From a virus: a DNA stretch of 64,000 nucleotides. Within the stretch, counting starts at the first letter, position 1, and each line of letters opens with the position of its first letter. This document shows positions 46,949 through 55,884 of this stretch, in pieces. Below the pieces are notes generated by a model, which made no database searches, was not told where the DNA came from, and saw only the letters and a list, made by a program, of their open reading frames with translations. A program made the translations under genes and the position numbers. Location of the stretch: the UHGV virus genome UHGV-0289908. One strand, given 5' to 3'.

Positions 46949-47908
46949 TGTAGAAGTTTTTTATCTCCATGGAAAGATGAGAACGGAAACTACAAGTGGT
47001 ATGGTCGTCAGAATTTAGGAGTGGTCACTTTAAACCTACCAGATGTAGCATTAACTGCAAAAGGTGACTTAGACATGTTCTGGAACATTCTTGACCGCAG
47101 ATTAGAATTATGTAAAGAAGCATTAATGGTGCGAGTAGACTTATTGCGTGGAACACCATCTGATATTAGTCCAATCCACTGGCAATATGGAGCTGTAGCA
47201 CGACTTAAAAAAGGTGAAACTATTGACTCTATTATTGATAGTGGAGCTTGTTCTATTAGTTTAGGATACATTGGTCTTTGCGAAACTGTACGTGCTTTAA
47301 TTGGACAGTCACATACTACTCCAGAGGGTGAGAAGTTGGCAGTTGCAATTATGAAACGATTACGAGAATCAACAGACCGATGGAAACAAGAAACTGGCTT
47401 AGGATTTGGGCTTTACGGGACACCATCTGAATCTTTAACTTACCGTTTTGCTACTAAACTTCAACAACGTCATGGTATCATTGATGGAATCACTGACAAG
47501 TTATACTTAACAAACAGCTACCATGTTCACGTTTGCGAAGAGATTGACGCTTTCTCTAAAATGGCATTCGAGTCACAATTCCAAAAGATTTCATCTGGTG
47601 GAACTATTTCATATATTGAAGTGCCTAACATGAAGCACAATTTAGAAGCTCTACACCGAACAGTAGAATTCATGTATGAGAACATGCAATACTGTGAAAT
47701 CAATACTAAATCAGACTATTGCCAAGAGTGTGGATACGATGGAGAGATTTTAATTGATGACGAACTTGAATGGTATTGTCCAAACTGCGGTAACAGAGAC
47801 AAGAGCAAGATGAACGTTGTCCGCAGGACTTGTGGCTATTTAGGGGAGAACTTCTTCAACAAAGGTCGCACTCAAGAAATCAAAGAGCGAGTGTTACACT
47901 TAAACTAA
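46949..47908 (+). CDS. nrdD: NrdD exon 2 (glycyl-radical domain and C-terminal Zn ribbon)
   Basis: 'RRTCGYLGE' glycyl-radical motif. 'CQECGYDGE...CPNCGN' Zn ribbon. The in-frame upstream part of ORF 46856 is intron. Confidence 0.8.
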   Translation, partial: CRSFLSPWKDENGNYKWYGRQNLGVVTLNLPDVALTAKGDLDMFWNILDRRLELCKEALMVRVDLLRGTPSDISPIHWQYGAVARLKKGETIDSIIDSGACSISLGYIGLCETVRALIGQSHTTPEGEKLAVAIMKRLRESTDRWKQETGLGFGLYGTPSESLTYRFATKLQQRHGIIDGITDKLYLTNSYHVHVCEEIDAFSKMAFESQFQKISSGGTISYIEVPNMKHNLEALHRTVEFMYENMQYCEINTKSDYCQECGYDGEILIDDELEWYCPNCGNRDKSKMNVVRRTCGYLGENFFNKGRTQEIKERVLHLN

Positions 47909-47927
47909 TAATAAAGGGAGATATGAA

Positions 47928-48290
47928 ATGGCAGTTTACGAGTTAAAAGATTTTAAATATGAGGTGAAGGGGTCTGGCAATAGCTTTAAGCCCCATGCCC
48001 CTGTGCTAAATTGGTTTTTTATTCATGGTAATAAAGGGATAGAAACTTTTAATGGAATACCATCTGGGGTTTATAGCAAACTTGTTGACTTCATGAATAA
48101 TTGCGAACAATTCTCTCTGTCGCTTCATCAATGCGAGGGGACAACCACAGACTTTATTATTGTCAAAGGACGTGCATTCAATGGCATTCGTGAAATGAAG
48201 CAATGGATTAAAACTTGTGAGAACAAGTATCCTACTTACAAATATCTAATTGCGGATTACGAAACAGGACAGATTGAGCGTTTTATGTAA
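47928..48290 (+). CDS. Hypothetical protein
   Basis: ORF between nrdD and nrdG. Confidence 0.4.
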   Translation: MAVYELKDFKYEVKGSGNSFKPHAPVLNWFFIHGNKGIETFNGIPSGVYSKLVDFMNNCEQFSLSLHQCEGTTTDFIIVKGRAFNGIREMKQWIKTCENKYPTYKYLIADYETGQIERFM

Positions 48291-48341
48291 TTTACAACTG
48301 GGGCTATGTGCCCCTTTTGCCATATCTATAGGAGGAATACT

Positions 48342-48845
48342 ATGAATTATCAGTTAGTGAAGTACAACAATATCGGCAATGGAATCGGCATCAGAACAAG
48401 TTTGTTCGTGACAGGATGTTCACATGGTTGTAAAGGATGTTTCAATCAGTCTATTGCTAACAAAAACGCAGGAGAGCCATTCACAGATGACGTTAAAACA
48501 GCAATTTTACAGTCATTAGAGCCTTCTTATATTGCAGGGTTATCTTTATTAGGAGGTGAGCCCATGGTGTCATACAACGCTCCAGAGTTAGCCAAACTAT
48601 GCCGTGAAGTGCGAGAGCTACATCCCACAAAGAATATATGGGTATATAGTGGCTTTACCTATGAGCAGATTATTGCAGACCCAATCAAACTAGAGTTACT
48701 GGAACAGTGCGATGTTCTAGTTGATGGGAAGTTTGAACAAAACCTATACTCTCCTCTGCTACGATTTAGAGGGAGTAGCAATCAGAGAATCATTGACATA
48801 AAGAAATCCCTAGAATCTGGTGCTGTGACACTATTCTTGGAATAA
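48342..48845 (+). CDS. nrdG: Anaerobic RNR activating enzyme NrdG (radical SAM)
   Basis: 'TGCSHGCKGCFN' C-x3-C-x2-C cluster. About 165 aa. RBS 'TATAGGAGGAATACTATG'. Confidence 0.8.
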   Translation: MNYQLVKYNNIGNGIGIRTSLFVTGCSHGCKGCFNQSIANKNAGEPFTDDVKTAILQSLEPSYIAGLSLLGGEPMVSYNAPELAKLCREVRELHPTKNIWVYSGFTYEQIIADPIKLELLEQCDVLVDGKFEQNLYSPLLRFRGSSNQRIIDIKKSLESGAVTLFLE

Positions 48846-48849
48846 TTGT

Positions 48850-48898
48850 TAAAATATTATAAAACACTGTTGACTTTATTGTCGAACGGTGATATAAT
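48850..48898 (+). promoter_or_regulatory. Promoter module (TTGACT 48870-48875, 17-bp spacer, TGaTATAAT)
   Basis: Consensus. Confidence 0.6.
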
Positions 48899-48951
48899 TC
48901 AAATGTACCAGACGAGAGGTACAATACTTAATGATAGAGAGGTAGATACAT

Positions 48952-49425
48952 ATGACAACTAAATTATACTTACGTGGATTTGAGGAAGTTCCAACTCAAT
49001 TTAAACAAGTAGAGAATGAAACAACCATCCTCCCAGTTCGAGGAGACGCACGCAGTGCAGGATACGATTTCTATTCCAAAGAGACCGTAACAATTCCTCC
49101 ACATCAATCTCATTTATTCTGGACAGATGTGTGTGCATACATGCAAGACAATGAGGTATTGTTAATTCATGTACGCTCATCCATTGGTGTAAAGAAAGGG
49201 TTAATGCTTAAAAACACAACAGGGGTGATTGACTCTTCATACTATGCAAATCCAAGCAACTATGGAAACATTGGAATCTGCTTATACAACAATTCTGACA
49301 AACCAGTTGTGATTGAAGCACAAGAACGCATTGCTCAAGGGGTATTCCAAAACTATTTAGTGACAGACGAAGACTCTACATTACACATGGAACGTTCTGG
49401 AGGATTCGGTTCATCTAACCGATAA
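48952..49425 (+). CDS. dut: dUTPase (dUTPase / dCTP-deaminase fold)
   Basis: 'RGDARSAGYDFYS' (motif I/II) and 'NTTGVIDSSYYAN' (motif III) resemble trimeric dUTPase motifs. Confidence 0.65.
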   Translation: MTTKLYLRGFEEVPTQFKQVENETTILPVRGDARSAGYDFYSKETVTIPPHQSHLFWTDVCAYMQDNEVLLIHVRSSIGVKKGLMLKNTTGVIDSSYYANPSNYGNIGICLYNNSDKPVVIEAQERIAQGVFQNYLVTDEDSTLHMERSGGFGSSNR

Positions 49426-49470
49426 GCAATATTGACAACTAAATAATTTTCCAAACAATCGAAAGGAGAT

Positions 49471-50211
49471 ATGGAAATGGTTAGCGTAACGACATTATGT
49501 GGCACACTACTTACTGTGTGTGCTACCATGAATAGTGTGCCTACAGAAGAAGTGGTTGCACAAAGTACATATGATACTGTAGATTCCCAACAGATTACCG
49601 AGTGGTTGGAGCAGGAGACTAATAAGTCTGTTTACTCCGACACTCGAAGTGTACTAAAGCCAGAGGTGGTAGAATACCTTGTTGGCTATCAAGCTCATGT
49701 TGAAGAAAAGGAGCGTCTTCGATTAGAAGAAATTGAACGTCAACAACAAGAGGAACTAGAGAGACAACGACTGGCAGAAGAAGCCCGACAACGAGAATTA
49801 GCGTCTTATACCAATACAGGGTATCGTCAGACGTATTACTCAGTTGCCGAGGGAGAAACAAACTTAGGAGCAGGCTATAATTATCAAAGTAAAGAAATCA
49901 CTGTTATTGACAATGTAATGAATTTTTACGACAAAGATTTCGGTTATCTCCCAATTTATGCCATTAATATTAATGAAGTGATGGAAAGCGGATTAAACGC
50001 AAAAGGAACACCCAATCTTTATGGAAGCGTTATTCAAATCAAGGACGAGAATGGGAATATTAGTCAAGGTATCGTCCTAGACGCATGTGGAGCTTGCTCC
50101 CGAGCCAATAAGATTGACCTCTGGGTTTATAATAACAATCAAGTCCATGACGTGTCAAATCTGGATTTTAAATATGTCCGTAAGGGATGGGATGATTATG
50201 TCGTTTATTAA
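49471..50211 (+). CDS. Secreted 3D-domain (MltA / YuiC-like) cell-wall-binding protein with a coiled-coil linker
   Basis: N-terminal hydrophobic signal. ELERQ-rich coil. C-terminal 'GYLPIYAINI...IVLDACGAC...IDLWV' matches the 3D-domain D..D..D pattern. Confidence 0.5.
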   Translation: MEMVSVTTLCGTLLTVCATMNSVPTEEVVAQSTYDTVDSQQITEWLEQETNKSVYSDTRSVLKPEVVEYLVGYQAHVEEKERLRLEEIERQQQEELERQRLAEEARQRELASYTNTGYRQTYYSVAEGETNLGAGYNYQSKEITVIDNVMNFYDKDFGYLPIYAININEVMESGLNAKGTPNLYGSVIQIKDENGNISQGIVLDACGACSRANKIDLWVYNNNQVHDVSNLDFKYVRKGWDDYVVY

Positions 50212-50224
50212 AATTTATAGTAAA

Positions 50225-50270
50225 TAATTGTCAAATAGAGATTGTACTATCATACGTAATGTGATATAAT
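50225..50270 (+). promoter_or_regulatory. Promoter (TTGTAC 50242-50247, 17-bp spacer, TGaTATAAT)
   Basis: Good extended -10, weaker -35. Confidence 0.4.
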
Positions 50271-50315
50271 GAGCAAGAAACAGAGGATTTATATGAAAAG
50301 GAAGGGACAAAATTC

Positions 50316-50708
50316 ATGGTTACAAATATGGCACTTACACAACATTACAAACACAAGCATAGGGAATGTTTATGTTTTCACTGCAATGAGCTTAAAGACG
50401 TTGGGGAGTTAATCAAGCGAACAATTAGTGGACGAGATTATCCGTCTGAATTCGATTCAATGACATTCGAGGTGCAATTATGCAAAGAATGTTACGAAGC
50501 ATTAGAGGTAGAAGACAAATGGTTTGACAATCAAATGTCACACGATAACACAACAGGGCAGTGGAAATATGAATCATATTTACACAACTTATTCGAGCTG
50601 TTCCCAATATGCAATCAAGAATATGTTTATAATTGTAAGAATAGCCTTTGCCCCCCAGACCAAGAGATGTCTAGGGAGGCGTGGATACGCTTGCAAGAAG
50701 AAGCGTAA
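50316..50708 (+). CDS. Cys-rich hypothetical protein
   Basis: 'CLCFHCNEL', 'CKECYE', 'CNQEYVYNCKNSLC'. Confidence 0.4.
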   Translation: MVTNMALTQHYKHKHRECLCFHCNELKDVGELIKRTISGRDYPSEFDSMTFEVQLCKECYEALEVEDKWFDNQMSHDNTTGQWKYESYLHNLFELFPICNQEYVYNCKNSLCPPDQEMSREAWIRLQEEA

Positions 50709-50752
50709 AAAAAAGAGTAGACGAGGGTTTTATCCCTTATCTACTCTTTTTC
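50704..50752. terminator. Bidirectional rho-independent terminator between convergent + and - gene blocks
   Basis: A-run, then AAAGAGTAGA...TCTACTCTTT hairpin with an inner AGGG/CCCT, then a T-run. Confidence 0.75.
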
Positions 50753-51063
50753 TATTGCTTTAAATCACGAATGTCATTGCGAATTTCTTTGACATCATGT
50801 TCTAGGTTCGTCATCTTATGAGACAGTGAACTAAATTCTCTAACAGAATTTTCAAATGAAGCTACCGCAGAAGCAAACATAGCCTTGTCCTGTTTGTTTT
50901 CTTCTCGCAGTTCTTTAATTTCATCCTTCATCTCTTGATGTCTCTCGTTTTGATATGCGTCCCTTTTGTCAAGTTCTATATTGAGCTTCCATATTGCCCC
51001 AATTAAAATTGCCCCTAATAAACCAACTTGACCTACTACCTCTAACATTGCTGTTACGTCCAA
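50752..51063 (-). CDS. Lysis-associated membrane protein (holin-like: one N-terminal TM plus a coiled coil)
   Basis: 'VVGQVGLLGAILIGAIW' TM segment. Charged coiled-coil tail. Immediately downstream of the endolysin. Confidence 0.35.
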   Translation of the reverse strand: MDVTAMLEVVGQVGLLGAILIGAIWKLNIELDKRDAYQNERHQEMKDEIKELREENKQDKAMFASAVASFENSVREFSSLSHKMTNLEHDVKEIRNDIRDLKQ

Positions 51064-51105
51064 CCCCGTTCACCTCCAACCATTACAAATTACTTACGTT
51101 GAAGG

Positions 51106-52107
51106 CTAAACTTTTTGAACGTATTTACTGTTCATTGAAATCCACCCTGCACCAGACTTTAATTGTCCCAGTCCATTAGATTCCTTAACGATTGTATATA
51201 CATCGTTTTTATAAACAGTTCCCACAGCTTTAGAATCGAAGCTGTCTGATTGACGAATTGTTAAAGCGTCTGTTGTGATTTTGACCTTAAATGAGGTTGG
51301 TGTTGCTTCCACTTTTTCAAGGTCAAAATCCCATAACCATGAAACAATATCAGACACTAAAATCTTGTTTCCATTGATTTTAGCTACTTCATAAGTTGAC
51401 CCATTCACCCAAGATGGGATAGCCTTACCTTGTGTACTTCCGTCTGTTGGAGCGTAGTGAGTTGCTTGAGCCTTAACTTTCACCTTATCTCCCACCTTGA
51501 AGCTAGATGTGTTCGGTTGGCTTGGGGCAGGTTGTGATACCACAACTTTTGTTAACCCTAAGTATTCGATGATTGACTCTGCAACAGCTTCTGCATATTG
51601 TTGTTGCCCTTTGTCAGAAGTGATGATTTCATAGTCCGATACAGTATCCATGAATCCACCCTCTACTAAGATTGCAGTTGCGTTACATCCTAATACTGCG
51701 AACTGTGCTTGCTTAACCCCACGATTTCGCAGACCTGTTTTTGATGCTAATTTTGGTGCTACAATGCTTGCTATCTTTTTATCTTCAGCAGTGCCATATG
51801 TATGCCAGTAAACCTCTGTACCTGTACCGCCACCCGCATTTTCATGGATGCTGACAAATAAATCTGGTTTATAGCTATTGCAACGTCGTACTCGTTCTGC
51901 TAATGAAATGTCTGTTTTCCCACTTGGGTCATCAGTACGATGGATAGTTACATTGTATGCAGAAAGAATTGAAGTAATTTTGCGTACAACAGAGTCATTC
52001 ATAGTCCACTCTTTCACAATCCCTCTTGAACCGTTCATTGTTTGTTTCCCCGCAGTATTGAATCCATGCCCTGCATCTAACACTAAAATTTTGTTTGCCA
52101 TGAACAT
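51106..52107 (-). CDS. Endolysin: N-acetylmuramoyl-L-alanine amidase (Amidase_3-like) with a C-terminal SH3-like cell-wall-binding domain
   Basis: 'KILVLDAGHGFNTAGK', 'SIHENAGGG' Zn-amidase motifs. C-terminal 'GxW' SH3b-like repeats. Confidence 0.7.
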   Translation of the reverse strand: MFMANKILVLDAGHGFNTAGKQTMNGSRGIVKEWTMNDSVVRKITSILSAYNVTIHRTDDPSGKTDISLAERVRRCNSYKPDLFVSIHENAGGGTGTEVYWHTYGTAEDKKIASIVAPKLASKTGLRNRGVKQAQFAVLGCNATAILVEGGFMDTVSDYEIITSDKGQQQYAEAVAESIIEYLGLTKVVVSQPAPSQPNTSSFKVGDKVKVKAQATHYAPTDGSTQGKAIPSWVNGSTYEVAKINGNKILVSDIVSWLWDFDLEKVEATPTSFKVKITTDALTIRQSDSFDSKAVGTVYKNDVYTIVKESNGLGQLKSGAGWISMNSKYVQKV

Positions 52108-52166
52108 TTCCCCTTTGTGATATTATTTTTATTTATGTCATGGTGCTAGTTCTTGATGTCGTTATT

Positions 52167-53207
52167 TTACAGGTCTTTTAGACCTTTTTGTTCTACCTGT
52201 TTTATTCCCTCGTCAGAGAAGAATTGTCCTAATACTTCGTCTTTAGGACGGTCGTCATAGGTGCTGACTAAATCTATTGAAGCCCAACCGACAATCTCTT
52301 TAACCACTTCCGCAGGAATCCCCGCTCGCAATAGTTCGGTAGTAAAGTTATGTCTCAGACAGTGGAAATAAAAATCAACGTTAAGCATTTTCCCAAATGT
52401 CTTTGCGTATGAATCTAATGTTGTTTCTTGCATAGGAACGAACTCTCCGTTTCTACGAACCACAAACATCTCATCCACGTCTTCTGGAATACCTAACGCT
52501 TTACGCTCTTCTGCCCATAAGTCAAAATACTTTTTAAACTTATTTGCTAAGACATAACGCTCCAATAACTTCCCTTGTTGTCCTCTTCCTTTAGTTTTCA
52601 TTTTCTCGGGAGTCATATATAAAGCCCCACCAAAGCGTAAGTTTTCATCTTTGATGTAAGACATTTTAAATCTTAACAACTCCGCCTTGCGTGCCCCACT
52701 AGCCCAAGCAAGAGCCAATACACAGGCTTTCTGATACTGCTGTTTAGACACTAAAAAGTCTAGTAGTTTTTCAACCTGCTCGTCCTCTAGCACTGTCTTC
52801 TCTCGCACTGGTGCTAAAACAGGATTCGGAACTTTATTCACAATATTCTTGAAGTTCTCCCACTTCTCTTCTTCATCCAACATATCCTCGATATATTTAG
52901 ACAGACTACTTAACGAAGATTTTAATGCTCGAATGCGAGCAGGAGATAAACCTTCCTTCATTAAGTGTCCTTGAAATCCCAAAATGTCTTTTTTCTTAAT
53001 GTCACAAAAGTCTTTATTCTTACGATGGTTCATTAACCATACAAAAAAGATGTTAAGGTTTGAGCGAGTAACCTTTGCAGATTTCTCACTATGGTCTACT
53101 GTTAGGTAGTAATCCATAAACTCATCAATTAACTCTAGGTTGTCTGGATTGATTTTCGCAATATCCTCTGCTGTGGTAGAAAATGTTTTCTTTGTCTTTC
53201 GTGCCAC
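52167..53207 (-). CDS. Tyrosine recombinase / phage integrase family protein
   Basis: C-terminal 'HCLRHNFTTELLRAGI...VGWASIDLVSTYDD' (HxxR...Y). SAM-like N-terminal core-binding domain. Probable GTG start at 53207 behind 'GAAAGGGGAAACAAAGTG'. Confidence 0.7.
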   Translation of the reverse strand: MARKTKKTFSTTAEDIAKINPDNLELIDEFMDYYLTVDHSEKSAKVTRSNLNIFFVWLMNHRKNKDFCDIKKKDILGFQGHLMKEGLSPARIRALKSSLSSLSKYIEDMLDEEEKWENFKNIVNKVPNPVLAPVREKTVLEDEQVEKLLDFLVSKQQYQKACVLALAWASGARKAELLRFKMSYIKDENLRFGGALYMTPEKMKTKGRGQQGKLLERYVLANKFKKYFDLWAEERKALGIPEDVDEMFVVRRNGEFVPMQETTLDSYAKTFGKMLNVDFYFHCLRHNFTTELLRAGIPAEVVKEIVGWASIDLVSTYDDRPKDEVLGQFFSDEGIKQVEQKGLKDL

Positions 53208-53228
53208 TTTGTTTCCCCTTTCAAATTG

Positions 53229-53247
53229 GCAAGAGGTGTATAACACC
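53229..53247. other. Perfect inverted repeat AGAGGTGT-ata-ACACCTCT immediately upstream of the recombinase start
   Basis: Seen in sequence. No adjacent U-tract. Confidence 0.4.
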
Positions 53248-53248
53248 T

Positions 53249-53566
53249 CTATGCTTCAATAAATTTAACTGTTGTTGTATCATACTCGGTTAGACGGTTA
53301 TCAAATTCTTGAACTAGAACACTGTTTTGTTCTGTTTGCTGTTTTAATTTTTCAACATTTGTTAACATAGTTTCAGTCCTTTGAATAACAGCATTTACTT
53401 GGTCTACTATCTCATCTATACCTTCAGTATTTTCAACTACCGTAGTTTTCAAGTCTGTTATACGCTCTTCTAAACCTGTAATGGATTGTTTTAAGGCATT
53501 TAAGTCTCCCTTAGAAACACCTCCACCTTTTCTACAAAGTGCATATGTTACTACATCAAAACCCAT
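53249..53566 (-). CDS. Coiled-coil protein
   Basis: ORF. Heptad-like pattern. Confidence 0.4.
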   Translation of the reverse strand: MGFDVVTYALCRKGGGVSKGDLNALKQSITGLEERITDLKTTVVENTEGIDEIVDQVNAVIQRTETMLTNVEKLKQQTEQNSVLVQEFDNRLTEYDTTTVKFIEA

Positions 53567-53593
53567 AAGACACCTCCTGTTTTATTGTTTATA

Positions 53594-55105
53594 TTAATCC
53601 CAATCTGCACAATCAAATGTAATAGTATTTTCACCTTGTTCCAAATCAACCACATAGTAAACTGCTCCCCATTCCCCTGTATATTTAGTAGCAATTTTTA
53701 GCACACCATCTAAATAACTGTGCGATTCAATTTTGTCACTGTCTACACTAGGAATAACGTTGGTTAAATCTAAAGGTTGACCATTTAACTGAATATTACT
53801 ATATTGCTTTTTATAAAATCCTTCTGTAGAAGAGTTCCCAAAAAATGCCATACTCACCTTACTAGCCGTTTCTAGGTTGAAGGTACAATCTCCACTTCCT
53901 TCTGCATAAGTAGTTACCCAATCTTCGCTTGCTATCGTCAAGTAACCATCAAAAGCAACAGTTTCTTCAACTGTGATTGTGGTAGTTAATGTTGTAGTAG
54001 TTGTAACCAAATCGCTTTCTTCAACCTTTTTGGCTTTCACTGTTGAAACTCCACTTCCACTAAAGATAATTTCATTGGTTTGAAGGACTCTACTACCAAC
54101 GCCATTCACTGATACAAAGTTATATCCCACTGGAATAGTGTACTTTTGGTTGGCTTTAACTGTTGCAGTTTGGTTTTCTTCTTTGGTGATTTGTTGTTTA
54201 TCAACCGTGATAGTTACAGTTTTTGTGATGATACCTTTTTGGTTTTCTTCTTCGTAAGGTTTAGTAACTTTTACAACACATTGCCCAACTGCATTGAACA
54301 CTACTTGCCCATTTTGGTGCGTACCCACACCACTAACACTAGAGAATGTCCATCCTTGCGGAATAGTGTAGGTTTGATTTGCAGTTTTGGTTAATGATTC
54401 ACTCTCTTCTTTATTGACTGTTTTTTTACCAACCGTAAATGTTAAAGTGGCAGCTTCTGACCATAGGTTGCGATTATCCTTAACTTTTAATTGTATAGAT
54501 TGTTCCCCTGCTAAATCATATTGAGTTTTCTTATTGCTTGAAAACCATTCATCACGTTTTGTAATACGTTCATTTTCAAACTCAACGTCATATAGATATG
54601 AGATAGTTTGGTCTACCACTGGTTCAGCAGGTTCAATACGGAAATTGGAAATTACAGGTTTCTTAGGTTCGGCAATCTTAAACTCAATATATTTAATATC
54701 CGACCATTTACCTCTTTGGTCTTTAACTTGGACACCCACTTTGTTTTTACCAACAGGATAGCTATTACGCTTGTTGTACCATTTTTCCTCTGCCTTGCTT
54801 GAGCTATCATAGGTAGCTTCATAATTGAATGTCACTGCCTCCCCCCAAGCTAGGTCAATAGGGGTCATGGTTAAACTTGTGATTTCTGGCTTATTGTATG
54901 CACCATCTGGTTTAACCACTATGCTGTTATCTACTAACGAGTGCCAACTTGAATTTTCTTCATTGAACATATAGACATTTCCCGTAGCAACTACAATACA
55001 GGTACTTCCTTGTCCAACTAAATGGGGTAATTGAGTGACTTCTTCCTCAGTTGAAATGGCATATTCAACTACCCCATATGAATTTGCACCAATTTTCTTA
55101 ATCAT
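53594..55105 (-). CDS. Tail / adhesin-like structural protein with tandem Ig-like (BIG-type) repeats
   Basis: Internal repeats 'QTYTIPQGWTFSSVSGVG' and 'QKYTIPVGYNFVSVNGVG'. Repeated 'KDNRNLWSE' and 'KDQRGKWSD' beta-sandwich-like modules. Confidence 0.5.
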   Translation of the reverse strand: MIKKIGANSYGVVEYAISTEEEVTQLPHLVGQGSTCIVVATGNVYMFNEENSSWHSLVDNSIVVKPDGAYNKPEITSLTMTPIDLAWGEAVTFNYEATYDSSSKAEEKWYNKRNSYPVGKNKVGVQVKDQRGKWSDIKYIEFKIAEPKKPVISNFRIEPAEPVVDQTISYLYDVEFENERITKRDEWFSSNKKTQYDLAGEQSIQLKVKDNRNLWSEAATLTFTVGKKTVNKEESESLTKTANQTYTIPQGWTFSSVSGVGTHQNGQVVFNAVGQCVVKVTKPYEEENQKGIITKTVTITVDKQQITKEENQTATVKANQKYTIPVGYNFVSVNGVGSRVLQTNEIIFSGSGVSTVKAKKVEESDLVTTTTTLTTTITVEETVAFDGYLTIASEDWVTTYAEGSGDCTFNLETASKVSMAFFGNSSTEGFYKKQYSNIQLNGQPLDLTNVIPSVDSDKIESHSYLDGVLKIATKYTGEWGAVYYVVDLEQGENTITFDCADWD

Positions 55106-55710
55106 AACTTCACCTCGTCTTGTTTATAATTCATGAATGCATGAAAGTTTGAATGTGATTTTATCCCATTCCATTTATCATCTTCTACTGTGATAACTTC
55201 CCCCACATGCTTAAAATAGCTTAATGGCATTCTCACCATAATTCTATTTAAAATGTCTCTTTTAGTAATGTAGTGGTATACATTCTCTGGATATTTAGGA
55301 GTGCAAATGTGTTTAATTCCTGCCCCATTGAATGTTATGGCAATAAAATTTACATTACTAATACTAGATACACAATACTCTGTTATTGCCCCACCCAACG
55401 AATGTCCACACACTATTGTTTTCTTTTGAGGGTTGTATACTTCTAAGCAAAATTCTAAAGCGTCTGTAAATTGACGTGGTTTTATACCAAACGCCATTTG
55501 AATATTTGTAAACCAATCACGTAAAGAGGTAAAATCTGTTCCACTAAATACAATGTAATCTACATTGTCGTAGCTAAAGACCTCTGCCTTCATACCACTT
55601 AACTTTCTAACAGATTTCTTAATCTTCATGTTGTCTGGATAGGCTAGTCCTTTGTAAACACAATTACAAAGAAATACTGCCATTTGATACTCTTCTTTAG
55701 TTAGATTCAT
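55102..55710 (-). CDS. Alpha/beta-hydrolase, class-3 lipase-like (GHSLGG nucleophile elbow)
   Basis: 'IVCGHSLGGAIT' with the upstream 'DYIVFSGT' strand. Sits in the tail-fibre module. Confidence 0.55.
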   Translation of the reverse strand: MNLTKEEYQMAVFLCNCVYKGLAYPDNMKIKKSVRKLSGMKAEVFSYDNVDYIVFSGTDFTSLRDWFTNIQMAFGIKPRQFTDALEFCLEVYNPQKKTIVCGHSLGGAITEYCVSSISNVNFIAITFNGAGIKHICTPKYPENVYHYITKRDILNRIMVRMPLSYFKHVGEVITVEDDKWNGIKSHSNFHAFMNYKQDEVKL

Positions 55711-55731
55711 ATAACCCCTCCTAATTGAGAA

Positions 55732-55881
55732 TTATTCTGCTCCTAATACCATTTCTAATAGTTCCATATATTGAGCTTGTGTAATACGACCATTTGCGAA
55801 GAATGTGTCCAACTTGGTTAACATATCATCTTTGTCATATCCACCTTTATTGATTAACTTGTATAACATTGTAAATGTCAT
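55732..55881 (-). CDS. XkdX-like small protein (49 aa), paralogue 1
   Basis: Hand-translated 'MTFTMLYKLINKGGYDKDDMLTKLDTFFANGRITQAQYMELLEM'. The Y..G.Y..DDM..KLD.F...GRIT..EY pattern resembles the XkdX family found next to fibre genes. Confidence 0.45.
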   Translation of the reverse strand: MTFTMLYKLINKGGYDKDDMLTKLDTFFANGRITQAQYMELLEMVLGAE

Positions 55882-55884
55882 TGA

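Noticed and set aside
3866-48898. Possible CRISPR array suggested by the reiterated ~50-bp modules
   Set aside because: The repeats are separated by whole genes of 0.3-4 kb, not by 30-40 bp spacers. They carry canonical -35 and -10 hexamers. They are promoters, not CRISPR repeats.
50752-53566. Interpretation of the window as an integrated prophage with host flanks
   Set aside because: An integrase is present, but no host-like housekeeping genes, attachment-site duplications or lysogeny repressor were seen in the window. The content is phage throughout.
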